From Azolla caroliniana (lineage: Eukaryota > Plantae > Polypodiophyta), in NCBI GenBank assembly GCA_043228905.1, contig JBHGNT010000013.1, positions 16,864,001-16,928,000 of the forward strand: DNA of 64,000 nucleotides, in the 5' to 3' direction. Of this stretch, positions 25,916-38,386 are shown in pieces. The translations under genes were made by a program, and so were the position numbers. Position 1 is the stretch's first letter. Every line of letters starts with the position of its first letter. Under the pieces are notes generated by a model. The model searched no databases, had not been told where the DNA came from, and saw nothing but the letters and a program-made list of their open reading frames with translations.

Positions 25916-26907
25916 TGTCGTGAAGATTTTCGGCAATAGTGTGAAAATCCCATAAAACGTACGAAATCGAGTATGAATCACGTAATACAATAATTGTGAA
26001 GATAACATTTTTAATATCTAAGTACAAAATGATGGAGGTTTCGAATGCACTTTATTACACGAGAAATGGACAACTAAATGTCAAGATATGAGGGTATAAA
26101 GTTTGTGAAAAGAAAAGAGAAAATTATGAGATATCCCACATAGGCACGACAAATACGGCTCTCATCATATATAAGGTGGAGCAAAAGATATTATCTTTGT
26201 GTTTATGTGTGGAGCATAGAGAGTTCAAGGTAACTTGAACTAAGAGTGGAGGTGGCTAGCTACTCGTAAAGGGTTTTGGCCAAACAAAACCGGACCGGCG
26301 ATGGAGCCGGTGATTCGACGGCGGCATCCGGCATCGGTATCCGGCGAGGCACCGGTAACCGACGGCATCCGGCGGCGGCACCGGTATCCGGCGTCGGCAT
26401 CCGGCGAGGCACCGGTATCCGACGACTAGATAAATAAATATATAAATATATATACATATTTACATATACAAGGAGGGCAAGTATAGATTCGAACCTTGCA
26501 CCTCCAAGTTAGGAGTCAATTGGCTTACCATTAAGCCATGCTATTTAGTTAAAATTATATTTCTATCATTGTACTTTTACATGTAAATTCTCATACATGA
26601 GAGCTAAAATGAGTGACCACATGTAATACTTAAGCGCCAAATGGCAAACATGCAATTTATGCATGTCTTGTACCCTCACATGCATCATATGCATGAGAGC
26701 ATCTATAAAAGAGGGAAGGGGGAGGAGAAAAAACACGGTTTTTTTTATGAAAATTAAGAGGAAGAAATTCGTTATCAAATTGATCGTGTAATCTCAACTT
26801 CTCTCTTTCCCAATCTATCTTAAGTACTTTCTCGCCAAAGCTTGTATCGACTATAAATCCTTCTGGTCCGCCTCACGATCCGCGTGTAGTGACGGATCTT
26901 CACGACA
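25916..26907 (+). repeat. Gypsy-A 3' LTR (992 bp)
   Basis: Preceded by the PPT-like GGTGGGGGTGGA. Confidence 0.96.
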
Positions 26908-27128
26908 TCGCTCCTTCGACATAACTCCAGTACCCGTGTCCAAGCAGGTACTGGTGCATCTTGTAAGACCAGGATGCGTAGTTGCTCTTGTCGAGCTTCT
27001 CCACCGGGAGCGACGTAGCCATGCCTCTATCCATGTCTTCTACTGTGTCTGTTCTCGACCTGTTAGGGTTTTCTTCTCAAGTGTAAATGTCTGCAGCAGA
27101 GGTTCTCAACCCTCGCGCTCTGATACCA

Positions 27129-27528
27129 TGTGAACGTAAGTGTTTGCGGAAGCGTAAAACAGAGAACAACACAGAGAGAGAGAGGAGAGAGAGAGAGAGC
27201 AGAACGCAATTTCAAAATTATATCAAAACTCTGTATACACACTGTGCTAAGTAGCACTATTTATACAAGTCCTCTTGGGATTGACAGAAGTACCATGTAC
27301 TTCAATGCTCACACGAGCATTTGACACTTACTACGAGACTATAGCTACCTAGTAGTCTATCCTATACTAGGCTTCCGATTGGACTTTCGGTTACGGATTG
27401 CACCCGGCCTCCACTACTTGCCGGTTCGGTTGCTCACCGTCATACCGATCCGTTTCGCCCGATCCGTCTCGCTTACCGGCTCCGGCTTATTCAGTCGATC
27501 CGGCTCCGGTTGAGCTTGCCGCTCAACA
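27129..27528 (-). repeat. Copia-2 5' LTR (400 bp)
   Basis: Abuts the PBS; TG..CA ends. Confidence 0.94.
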
Positions 27529-30500
27529 AACATGGATTAGTTCCTATAGGTAGGGTTTTACCCTCTTGGCCAATATATTGGCAAATATCTTATATATTGT
27601 GTTGAGCAACGTGATCGGTCTCCATTACCTTGCATAAGTTATTACACCTTGTACCTTAGGAATTAGAAATATCACCCTCTCTTGAAATTGCCAGGTAAGC
27701 ACCCAACATCCCATGCCTCTTTTAGCCCATCAACCAAATCAGCCTTGATCACGTCCCAGAATTTTTCGAAAAAATGTCTTGATAGTCTATTGGAGCCTGG
27801 ACAGGACGTTCTACAAATACTTGCCAAAGCATTAGCCACCTCCTCTTCCAAGAGAGGCCTCACAATATTAGCTTGTGCCGCATCTGAAATTCTATGCTGC
27901 ATTCCCTCTAGCACATATTCTATCAGAGCAGGTTGGTCGGGGATACTGTAGCTATCTGAAAGCAACTCATGATAGTGTGAGGTGACCGCCTCCAAGATCT
28001 TCGAAACGTCCTCCGACATAGAGCCATCTTCCTTAACCAGCTTCGGATTGTAGTTACAGTTTGTTCTAGGCTTTTTATGCATGAAAAATTGTTTATTCAC
28101 CTTATCCCCATTTTTGCTCCACCATGCCGCCGAACTCCTAAATAGCATCGTACTTCTGGACGTAATAAAATGCTGCAACGTTTCTCTGGCAGCCTCAAGG
28201 TCTGCCATGGACCATTGGCACTGGGGATCTTTCTGTAATAGCCTTTGGGCAGCCACCATTGATCTCCTTAAAACACATTTCTTCCTCCTTAGACCTCACA
28301 ATTCTACTTTTTGTCGCCCTGTGGAGATAAGTTGAAGTTTCGATAATCTTCCTCGAAGTTTATCAATTGCGCCACACCCAACCGAATTGCTTTCCCATAT
28401 GCTCCTTATGTTCCTATTCACCTCCACATCCTCAAAAAGTTTTTTGTTGATCCTAACATTACAGTCCCTTGCTGGCCTCCTTTGTGTTTCTAGCGTTATC
28501 TTCACCGACATATGATCAAAGTAGGCTGAACTTGTAATGATTTCAACATTGGTTCCAAATTTTTCTAGTTCCAAACAGTTGATGCATATCTTGTTTATGT
28601 GAGACATGCAAAAGTCATTCATACTGCAACTTGCTCTCGAAAAGCTTAGCGAACTTCACGGCTTTTTTATTACATGCTAGGCATCTTTCACCCCCATTCG
28701 ACCCATTAGCAAATCCCATGCAACTAGCTCAACCCCTTGTACCACCATTTGCATAGCTCCCCCGTTGATGTATATCCTGTCTATGCGAGACATGCAAAAG
28801 CCATTCATACTGCAACTTGCTCTCGAAAAGCTTAGCGAACATCGTGGCTTTTTTATTACATGCCAGACATCTTTCACCCTCATTCGACCCATTAGCAAAT
28901 CCCATGCAACTAGCTCAGCCCCTTGTACCACCATTTGCATAGATATTCTTACTCATGGTCATCAAGTTCTCCATCTCTCTATCTCATCAAGTTCTCCATC
29001 TCTTTATCTTCCAATTGTTCATTCGTGACAACTAGTGTCCAAGCATTTACATTAGCCTTCTCCTTCTTTGCCCCATTGAAGGTGTTCTGATCTTTCACCC
29101 TTATATTCTTTTGCCTAACAACCTGCCCTTTGTCCTTTCCCACCCTCACATTACCGTTGATCTTCCTAGGGCATTCCTTAGCAATGTGGCCCTTCTTTTT
29201 ACAATAAAAACATTGGCCAGGTAAGCCCTCGTATTCCACCGCTAGATTTATTAGTCCCACTTCCACATCATGAACCCTGATTATAGGGGGGAGTTTGGAC
29301 GAACATTGCACAATCACTCTAATCTTAGGGTAGTCCTTGATTCTATCTACCATCGTTGCCTTTGAGGGACAAATTATGCCAATCTTATCCCCAATCTTTG
29401 GTATCAAGGGGTATAACTGTCGAGGAAGATTTGGGAATATCATAGAAATCACCCAAGGGTTACCAAGTTTCTTGTCTTCCTCCATATCATTGAAGTTAGC
29501 ATGTCACTCCAACAAAAGAGCTCTTCCATATTTGAGCTCTACAAAATTCATATCCACAATCCGCGATACATCACCCCCCTCGACCACTTCAACATGGAAG
29601 AAATTTCGACCCATATTGTGCACATTTAGTATTTGCAAAACCCTATCCAGAAGAGCTACTTGTAGCATGTCACGAACCATACCTCTATTAGGTCTACCAC
29701 CAAGTAGCTTACAAATGAATGAGCATTTCCTTAATCTTTCAATCTCCGCATTCAAAATTTTACTTTCATCATTGGACAAAAAAACCTCTGGTAACTCAGA
29801 TCTCTCTTTCCAGTCCCTATCCTTATCATGACCCCCTCTCGGGCATGCATTATGCGCCTAACCACATTCTTGCAAAATATTTTCTACTTGCAACATGTCC
29901 TTTGTGGAGTCCAACTTCACAACACCATCCAACCCCTGTGACGATCCACCTACCTGCCCCCCCGGCCTCCCCTCACTCATCACTTGCCATAATGCATGGC
30001 TGGAATTATCCCACCCAGTTGTTTGCTTCCCAACCTCTTTATTCCAAACCTCTGACACTCCCCACACTCTTGAATCCTCCAAGCATTCAACGGTGAAGAC
30101 CGTTGCAATCTTGCTGCTGAGAGGAGCCCTATCATCCTCTTCCATCCAGCCCACCTTGTCTGATAGAATGATTGATTCCTTACATATCCCCCTATCTCCA
30201 CCAATAATGTGTTGCCCTATTTCTTTCAGCATCTCATCTACTTTCCTACGCCCCCCATTTGCCACCTGATTCTTCTCCCTATCCCTATTCCTACCTTGCA
30301 ATGTGTACCTCGATTCCATCGACCTCATGGTGCGCACCCTTGCCGCTGTTACCTTAATTGTAATCGTTGATGCTTTAACTCCCATTGTTGGATCCTTTGC
30401 CCACATGTTCCTGTATTCCATCGACCTCATGGTGCGCACCCTTGCCGATGTTACCTTAATTGCAATCGTTGATGCTTTAACTCCCACTGTTGGATCCTTT
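27529..30500 (-). pseudogene. LINE-a ORF1 and ORF2 N-terminal part (endonuclease remnant, RT start)
   Basis: ORFs 29504-29779 and 28979-29485 (DUF4283-like plus zinc knuckle), 28296-28940, and 27672-28259 (CPGSNRLSRHFFEKFW). Confidence 0.85.
28600..28940. repeat. ~187-bp tandem duplication in the LINE-a endonuclease region
   Basis: GAGACATGCAAAAG..CTTGCTCTCGAAAAGCTTAGCGAAC occurs at ~28601 and ~28788. Confidence 0.85.
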
Positions 30501-30660
30501 GCCCACCTGATTCTTCTCCCTATCCCTATTCCTACTTTGCAATGTGTACCTCGATTCCATCGACCTCATGGTGCGCACCCTTGCCGCTGTTACCTTAATT
30601 GCAATCGTTGATGCTTTAACTCCCATTGTTGGATCCTTTGCCCACATGTTCCTGTATCCC
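30262..30660. repeat. Compound tandem repeat (3 copies of a ~100-bp unit) at the LINE-a 5' end
   Basis: TTCCATCGACCTCATGGTGCGCACCCTTGCC..GGATCCTTTGCCCAC occurs three times. Confidence 0.9.
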
Positions 30661-32121
30661 TATGTACCCTACTCCTACCCTACACCCTAATGGACGAGAC
30701 ATACCTGGTGCTTGAGGAGGAGGGGAGCTTCGTCTTGATTGTCTGCGTTCGGAGCAATCTCTGCAACCCTAAACCCTGTGCCGTCATCTCTACTTAGGAA
30801 AGCTATTAGTAAATATGTTTATGTTCATAGCAATGAAGTTTGGGTGCATCATGTAAAGGAAGTGTATGGGAGGGGTACAATATTCCATCTAAGTTTCTTT
30901 GTACAAAAGGAGATCTTAAGGCTCATTTAATCTTTAAAACCAGTCGCTCCAAGAGAGTAACAAACTCATTAGAGAATCATTACATAAATAAGCCAAAAAG
31001 AAAAGAAACTACAATCCATACTAGAGTCGCCATTTGGCAAACATTAAAAATTGTACAACATTCATGTCAACATTTTTCCAAAATGAGATAAAGATTTACA
31101 ACGGGGTTAATTTCACAATACTTTAATGATAATATATGCAAAGTCCATTTATCAAACAATCCACATATGTTTATAAAATATATTAATGAGATTGTAAACT
31201 TGGTGATACATAGTTCACACTAATACAACAAGGCTTGGTGAATTTAGATATTCAAATGAACCATCACATTGAATTCTTGTTGCGATGTCAACATGAGTAC
31301 GAAAAGATCCACGAGTTTCATATAATTGGTATTTTTAAGACATTATCTAAATTAATTTAACTTTTTCTTTGATAGCTCAATACTAGAGCAATAGGACCTT
31401 AGTCGATTGATTATAGGTTCTCGTCATATCTAGGGAGATTTTTCTTCAGAGGAATCAAGAGTTTTAGATGATGGAGATTATGATGTCTTCTCTGTCAAGA
31501 GAACTAAATTCATGTTAGTGTAAGAAACTTATAGGGATAATTGTGTTTGGAAGCTTCATGCTCAATATTTCATCACAGGGTCTCTTTGAAACCCAAGGGC
31601 TTTATGCGTCATACATGGTTGATTGTACCCTAGAAATATTCCATGTGCTTTCTACTTCCTCATGGAATCTTGTTAGAATCTCATATTCAAGTCAAAGGAG
31701 CTATCTTGGGGAAATGTTTTAGAAAATAAACTGAAGTATTTTTAGGCTTGACGGTTTTGTGTCAATATGGCAACTTGCTCTCAAAATGGTGATCATGTTT
31801 TGGCAAGTGACCACTTGGTTGGTCATTATAAAAAAATTATATCTCTTTCTCTTTTTGAAATGCAAGCATCTTATATATAATAGGAGCAACCTAACCCTCC
31901 ATTAAATACAAATTCTCTTATTGTCAAGTGCCTTAGAGCATGTCCAGGTGGTGCATTACAAAGGCCTTGTACTAGTTATAAAAATGTGGTGATTGTTTGT
32001 TTAACTGTGGGTTTTCATGACCCATATTGTGCCCTTGACACGTTGGATATTGTAAAGAATCGTGAGTGACGTAGGTGATGTTGTGTAGCGGAAGTAGAAT
32101 GTGTGTGTGTGTGTGTGTACG

Positions 32122-32602
32122 TAACAATCGGCAACGGTTTGAGGGGGTCAAAACTAAACCGTTAAATCTTTTTGAAACCCAAACCGGATCGAACCACGAA
32201 ACCGTTAAACCGAACCATTAAAAGTTTTTCAAAATGTTAAGCCATTAAACCGGTAAAACCGTGGTTTTGTGGTTCGGTTTTGGTTTTCAGCTTAGGTCAA
32301 AATTTTAAATTTAAAAATTTAAAAATTAAAACATTTCATTATTTAAATTTTCAAAATTTTAAAGATTTTCCTAAAATGTGAGAATAAGGCATGAAAATGA
32401 AAAGATTGTTTAAAAAATTGTTAATTTTTATAAAAAGTTTTAATTAAAAAAAACAAAACAAACCGTTAAACTGTTTAAACCGTGGTTTCTAACTATTGAA
32501 ACCGAACTGAAATGTTAAAATAACCCGAACCAAACCGTTTAAACTGTTAAGCTGCAATTTTGCGGTTCGGTTCGGTTCAAACCGAACCGTTGCAGATTGT
32601 TA
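32122..32602. mobile_element. hAT-type MITE (481 bp)
   Basis: 18-bp TIR TAACAATC(G/T)GCAACGGTT. 8-bp TSD TGTGTACG at 32114-32121 and 32603-32610. Many subterminal AAACCG/CGGTTT motifs and an AT-rich core. Confidence 0.93.
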
Positions 32603-32816
32603 TGTGTACGTATGACAACCATAGAGAGAGAGAGAGAGAGAGGATTCTGATGTAACTTTGTCCTCAGAACTCCGTTTTTTATGATTTGTGGCTCGTTGCG
32701 AAGCTCGTTCAAAGGGCTTTCCAAGGATTATTTGGATGTTATGTTTCGTTATCGTTACAAGAAGCTACAAGCAAAAGTGTCATCTTCTTAGGTTAGTTCT
32801 CTCAATCTCTATTAGG

Positions 32817-34247
32817 ATGGCTGACACAACAACAGGAAGTGAGTTGACGATTGTTGATGGATGTGGTAGTGATGATGGTTATGAAAATTACAAGAGGCAA
32901 AAGTGTATTGATTCTACAAAACATAAGAAAACATCATATGTTGCTATTCTTGGTGGGAAAGATGTTATTGGAGATGATTATGATATTGACAGTCGTCGTG
33001 ATTTTGTTAAGTCTTTGCTTTCCGATTTTATGGAAAAAAATGAGAAAGATGCTAAAGATTGTGTGGAGGAGGATGTTGTCGAGGTGGTGATGGAAACCAA
33101 CTCTATGTTAGCAACTTTTGATAGGTTCTATGATCGTGGTGTTATTTTATATTTCACTAGCAAACTTCCTTTGGTATCATGGATTAAGCAGTGGTTGAAT
33201 TCATTCATAATGCCTAATTGTGTTGAGGATGTGTATGTGGGTCCAAGAGGTTTCTATGATGTAGTTTTTTGATCGTCAGAACACTGTACGACTTTGATGG
33301 CAAAGGTACCAATCTTTTTTGATAGAAGATTAGTGCATGTGATGAAATGGGTTCCAGTGGTGGATTATAAAGATTTATTAAAACAACAATGTCCAATTTG
33401 GGTGACCGTTGATTGTAGTAACTCATTCTTTTGGGATTTACTACTAGGATTGATGTCCCAAATTGGTAAAGTTTTGGTTGCTCCTCATGTTAATTAGTTG
33501 AACAAATGTAGATTTTGTATGTTATGGGATACAAGTTGTAAACTTCCAGGATGGTTGAGTATCGATACATCTCGATTTGGTCGATTTCGTTTTAAGCTTC
33601 AATGGGAAACTTCTGCAGGACATTGTTTTAAATGTGGTAAATTGGGGCATTTTATGGTTGAATGCCAATATCATGGTGAACTATCCCCAGAAAATAATGT
33701 CAAAGGGAAAAATAAGGAAGATGTTGAGAAGGATATTGTCTCAATGGTTGATATGGTCAGGGATGAGGGAACATCTCATGGGTTAGAGCGAGATCCTAAA
33801 GTTCATGGTCATGTTAGAGGTGTTGGGGAGGTGAATGGAGTATGTAATAATGATGGCCCAAATGTTGAAGATGGAGAGTGGCATGAATTGAAGCATAAGA
33901 TAAATGGGAAGGGTGTTGCCATACAAAGGGAATCAAAAAATACTTATGGTACGACATTACCAAAAGATAATTTGAGATTGAAGGAGGGGTTTAAGAAAAA
34001 CCCTTTGCAAAAACAAGTGCGAAATCAGAGATTGTCCAACAAATTACAATTCGATTCTTCAGGAAGGGTGGTACGACCTCAATTAAATCAAGGACTTCGT
34101 TCTTGTGGAGCTAGACAACAAAACCCTAATATTGGAGGAGGGGATGTAGTACACACAAATCCTTATGCAGCTCTTGAACAAGTAGTTAGTACATTCATGA
34201 ATACACTTGCTCATAAAGAGCAAGTTCTTACCAAAGGTGTTAAATGA
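32817..34247 (+). pseudogene. LINE-b ORF1 (DUF4283-like plus zinc knuckle)
   Basis: Stop-interrupted in-frame ORFs 32688-33272, 33294-33497 and 33498-34247. Confidence 0.82.
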
Positions 34248-34249
34248 AA

Positions 34250-37200
34250 GTGGTATCATGGAATGTGAGAGGGGCATCTTCTCCTCATAAGAAATATATA
34301 TTATGGAAAACTTTATTTGATAAAGATTGGGATGTTTTATGTGCAGTTGAACATAAGTGTCATGATTTAGCAGGATCTGTGTTACATTTGCGTGGATATT
34401 CCGCATATTATGCAGGATAATTATCACATCATTACTCAGGGGTTGTCATGATTATTCGTGATTATTTTTGTCCACATATAGTCTATAATGATCCATATGG
34501 GCGTTTTTTGGTGATGGAAGTCAAGTATTTTGAGGATTTGATATGGTTGGTAGGAATCTATGCACCCAATAATGCTAATCAACGCATTGAGTTATGGTCT
34601 TCAATGTATCCACGGTTATTAGTGGGATGTGTTGGTTTGTTAATGGGTGATTTTAATATGTGTGTTGATGCTTCAGAATCTACTTCACGATTCTCATTGA
34701 TGGATTCTCCTGAGCAAGCAGTTTGGGACAAATTGGCATTAGAGGTTTTGAATTTGGATGTATGGAAATGGTTGCATCAAGATGAGGTTGGGTTTACATT
34801 TCAGTCTATGCAATACAAGGAAACATGGAGTAGGTTAGATAGAATGTATGTTATACATGATGAGTCCTTTTTGCCAAAGATGCTTAATATGTCAATTATG
34901 CAAGAGGTTGTGACATCAGATCATTTTCCCATATGTTTTGAGTTTAATAAACATGGGGTAGATATGTACAAAACATTGTTTGACCAAGTTCCTTTGAGGT
35001 TTAATTCTTCTTTATTATTACATTCTTTATTTGATGCCTATATGCAACAAAGTTTTGGCATGTTTTCAGAACAAGTTATTTCAAAAGGATGGCATGCATG
35101 GGATACAACAGTACAAAACATCAATGATATTCATCGTATGTATGGTATGACTAATGCTAAAAGACGTAAGAAATTGATTGATAAGTTTTCATATATTCTT
35201 ACGCGGTGCAATATACTATTGATGAATAATCCACATGATGAAGGGCTTTTGGATGTTCAAGTTCAAGTACATGATATTGTGAAGAATTTATCTTGTCAAA
35301 GTTATCAACAGAAAAGACTACGTCAATTAAAGGAGGGATTTATAAATAATCAATCACAATCTCATATGTTTTTTTAAGGATTAAGACCACTATATGCTCG
35401 TTCAAATGTGGTATAAATTAAGATAGGGGATGACATTGTTGTAGACCCAATCAAGGTTATTGAATTATGTATTACTTATTTTAAGAATTTGATTGGGCCA
35501 GAGTTGATTATTAATGAGGATGTCTTGAAAGCACGACAAGAGTTTTATAATGTAATTGGGAGTGCCGTGAATACAAATATTTGTCAAGAATTAGATGTTG
35601 ATTTTGAAGAAGCTGAGGTGGAAAAGGTATTGTTACACCTTTCAAATGGTAAAAGCCCTGGCTGAGATGGTGTTACAAATGAAGTTTTTAAGAAGTATGC
35701 TAGCATGCTTAAGAGTCCATTCACACAAATGTTTCAATAATGTTGGGATTCTGGTTTCATGCCTGAGAGCTGGAAGGTGGGCTTAATCAAATTGATACCA
35801 AAGGTACCATCTACGGAGTCATTTCATCAATGGAGGCCTATTTCATTGATGGGAGGATTGTACAAAGTGTTTGCAAAGATATTATCCAACAGACTTAACA
35901 ATTTCTTACCTCAACTTATTCATCCATCTCAATATGGTTTTATTACAGGTAGAAATATATTGCATAATGTTTTGAATGTTTAAATGGCGATTGATTACGC
36001 TTGACATACACATCACGAAATGGTTATGGTGAAATTAGATTTGGAAAAAGCATATGATCATGTTAATTGGTCTTTCCTCTCAAGTGTGATGTATAATATG
36101 GGGTTTGGTCTCGTATGTGTTGACTTATCTTTTTTCTAGGGAAAAATGCAACCTCCCGTGTGATGCTTAGTGGCGGAGTCACTCCGAAAGTGTTTCTTAC
36201 TAGATCCGTGCGGCAAGGATGTCCACTAAGCCCATTGTTATTTGCTATTGTTACACTGTTCCTTTGTTAGTAATGTTGTCAAATCTTGCGGCCAGTGGTG
36301 ATATTGTGGGTTTGCATCTTCCTTCTGGTGGACAATTGGTGGCACAAGCATTGGTAGATGATTCTTTTATGTTTTTACAAGCCTCAAAAGAAAATCTTAA
36401 AAGGAGTATGCAAGTTTGGGATCAATTTGCTTTGGCTTCAGGGTTGTATATAAATTGGAGGAAGTCTTGCCTTATTTCTTGTACAGAGAGTGATTTGGAA
36501 TGTTTGGGATGGCGAGGGTCAGTGATTACACGAGGTTCAATTTATCGACATTTGGGTTATCCATTGGGCAATGATGTTACAAATGTTCAATTGATTGGAT
36601 TGGATTGGTAGTAAATTGAGGGACAAATTTATGTATTGGAAGTCTCAATTATGGTCCTTTCATGTACGACTCAAAGTGGTGCAATGTATCTTGATACCCA
36701 TGTTATTATATTTTTTGCCTTTACTTCCTTGGACTAAGAAGGCATTACAAAGCATGTTACAACCTATTCGGTTCATGTTGTGGTGCAAGGGAGAAATGAT
36801 GGGAGTTACATGGATTTCATGGGACCATTTGGCTACTCCTAAAAGGTTAGGTGGTGTAGCAATATTGGATTTGGAAAGGCATTTGATGGCTCGTAGATTT
36901 ACATTATTATGAGATATATGTCAACAAGATCAACCATGGATATCTATGATGCAATATTTTATTGAGCATGAAGGATTGGTGCATGGGAAAATAAAGATTC
37001 AAGCATCATGGTGGTCACTACTGAATGGATGTATTCCTCTAAAGATTCGACATTCTGTATGTGGACAACATTTGGTAAGATCGTGGCAAGATGCATTATC
37101 TCTTTTTGAATGGGGACCATCAAGTGATCGAGAATATTGTAATTCATTACAAAACGAATTGCTTGTTTCTTCTCGAGTGTTGTTTTGGCATGGGAAAGAG

Positions 37201-37591
37201 AAGTTGAGATCTCAATTCAATCGTTTATTTCGATTGGGGATTGTACATTTGGAAGATGTGGTTGACAATGAATCTCAAAGGTTGTCGGATTTTGAAGATG
37301 CCAAGAGATGGTTATGTATTCCCCCAAACTATGGATTTATTTGGGAGAAATTACATGATATACCATTGTTGCAAGGATCTTTGCCATTGAAAACCAAATT
37401 TGCACCTTGGGTAGATTGGCGGTTACAAGATGGTACACGCTTGTTACAGGTCACTACAAATATATTGTATCATCATGCGATGGCATCATTATCTTGGCTA
37501 TCTCCTAAAGCAATGAAGGTGTGGAATGTATATAAGTCAGCTGCAAGGTGGTGGAAAATATTACAACGTGGTTGGCATTCCCATCTAACGT
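34250..37591 (+). pseudogene. LINE-b ORF2 (endonuclease, RT); continues at 55289-55755 (zf-RVT)
   Basis: ORF fragments 34448-35377, 35759-35983, 36219-36912, 36946-37599 and 55318-55755 (CFFC..EDSTHRFIKC). Confidence 0.9.
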
Positions 37592-38386
37592 TGTCGTGAA
37601 GAATTTCGGCCAGAGGCGGAAACCGGGAAACATTGGCTACCTCGGCAGGGTGCAGCGTGTGTACGCACCCATGTACATTTAGTGTGAATATCGAGGGCGC
37701 CTTTATGGCGCCCAAGAGTAGTCAAGTCGGGACAGATGATCCCATGTAAGTTGGGATTTGTCCCACATTGTAACGCATCCCTTTCCTTGTTCTATAAAAG
37801 GAAGGGAACGCCCTTTGTGAAAGGGTTGCCCATTTTGCATTAGAGGGTATACCGTTAGGTTTAGAGTTAGTTTCTTCTTCTTCTCCCCCTTCGTATTCGT
37901 TTAGGGTTTGCTTCAGCTCATCTCCTGCGCAAGACCCCGCTCGGCGCGACTAGCCCGTGAGCTCCCCGACCGGGGGCTTGGCAGCTGACGACTACTGTAA
38001 CCTACCTTGGTCCGGCTTGAAGCCGGGAATGTATTCTTCTTTTATATACATATATGTGTTTGCGTCTGTCTGTGTATATTCGCGTCTTCGTTGGTGTCAG
38101 GTGCTTCCCCTTTCCTGCACTTCCTGTACTTAAGGGTGTGAGTCGGGTTGGCCTGTGTGTGTGTGTGTGTGAGTGAGTGTGCGCGAGTCGGTGTTAAGCG
38201 CTCTCTCTCTCTCTCTCTCCCCCTTCGGTTGCTTCCGGTGTGCTTCTGGGATGCCCCGGAAACGGTGAAGCACAACTTCCTACGCTCCATCACTCCCTAG
38301 TCCAAGACCCCCGTGGTCCTGCCTTTCTCCACGCACGCGCGTAACAACACGACATCTCTGGTGAACGTGAAAGGCGGCAAGGGAGG

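Larger units (their letters stand above)
19137..26907 (+). mobile_element. Gypsy-A: Ty3/gypsy non-chromovirus LTR retrotransposon, recent
   Basis: LTRs at 19137-20145 and 25916-26907 differ by about 4 substitutions and one 17-bp indel. 12-bp terminal inverted repeat TGTCGTGAAGAT/ATCTTCACGACA. 4-bp TSD TCGC at 19133-19136 and 26908-26911. tRNA-Trp PBS. Domain order gag-PR / RT-RH-IN. Confidence 0.97.
14316..27034 (-). pseudogene. gag-pol: Copia-2 gag-pol: single frame, two nonsense codons, Gypsy-A insertion
   Basis: Starts MDRGMATSLPVEKLDKSNYASW at 27034 and rejoins in frame across the 4-bp TSD (VEGA|NDVA). Motifs CWYCGKKGHRESEC, VDSGASNH, LWHKRIGH..CEAC, integrase DVWG/DGGKE/ERKNR, RT LYVDD, RNase H TDADWA..TEAEY..ADIFTK. 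Stops at 17070-17072 and 16170-16172. Confidence 0.94.
13755..27528 (-). mobile_element. Copia-2: Ty1/copia LTR retrotransposon, interrupted in gag by Gypsy-A
   Basis: LTRs at 13755-14219 and 27129-27528. tRNA-iMet PBS (+ strand GCTCTGATACCA, 27117-27128). PPT (+ strand CTCCCCCT, 14220-14227). TSD apparently lost through a small deletion at the left junction. Confidence 0.95.

Noticed and set aside
37850-37915. TTAGGGTTT motifs in B LTRs as telomeric repeats
   Set aside because: Isolated telo-box-like motifs, not an array.
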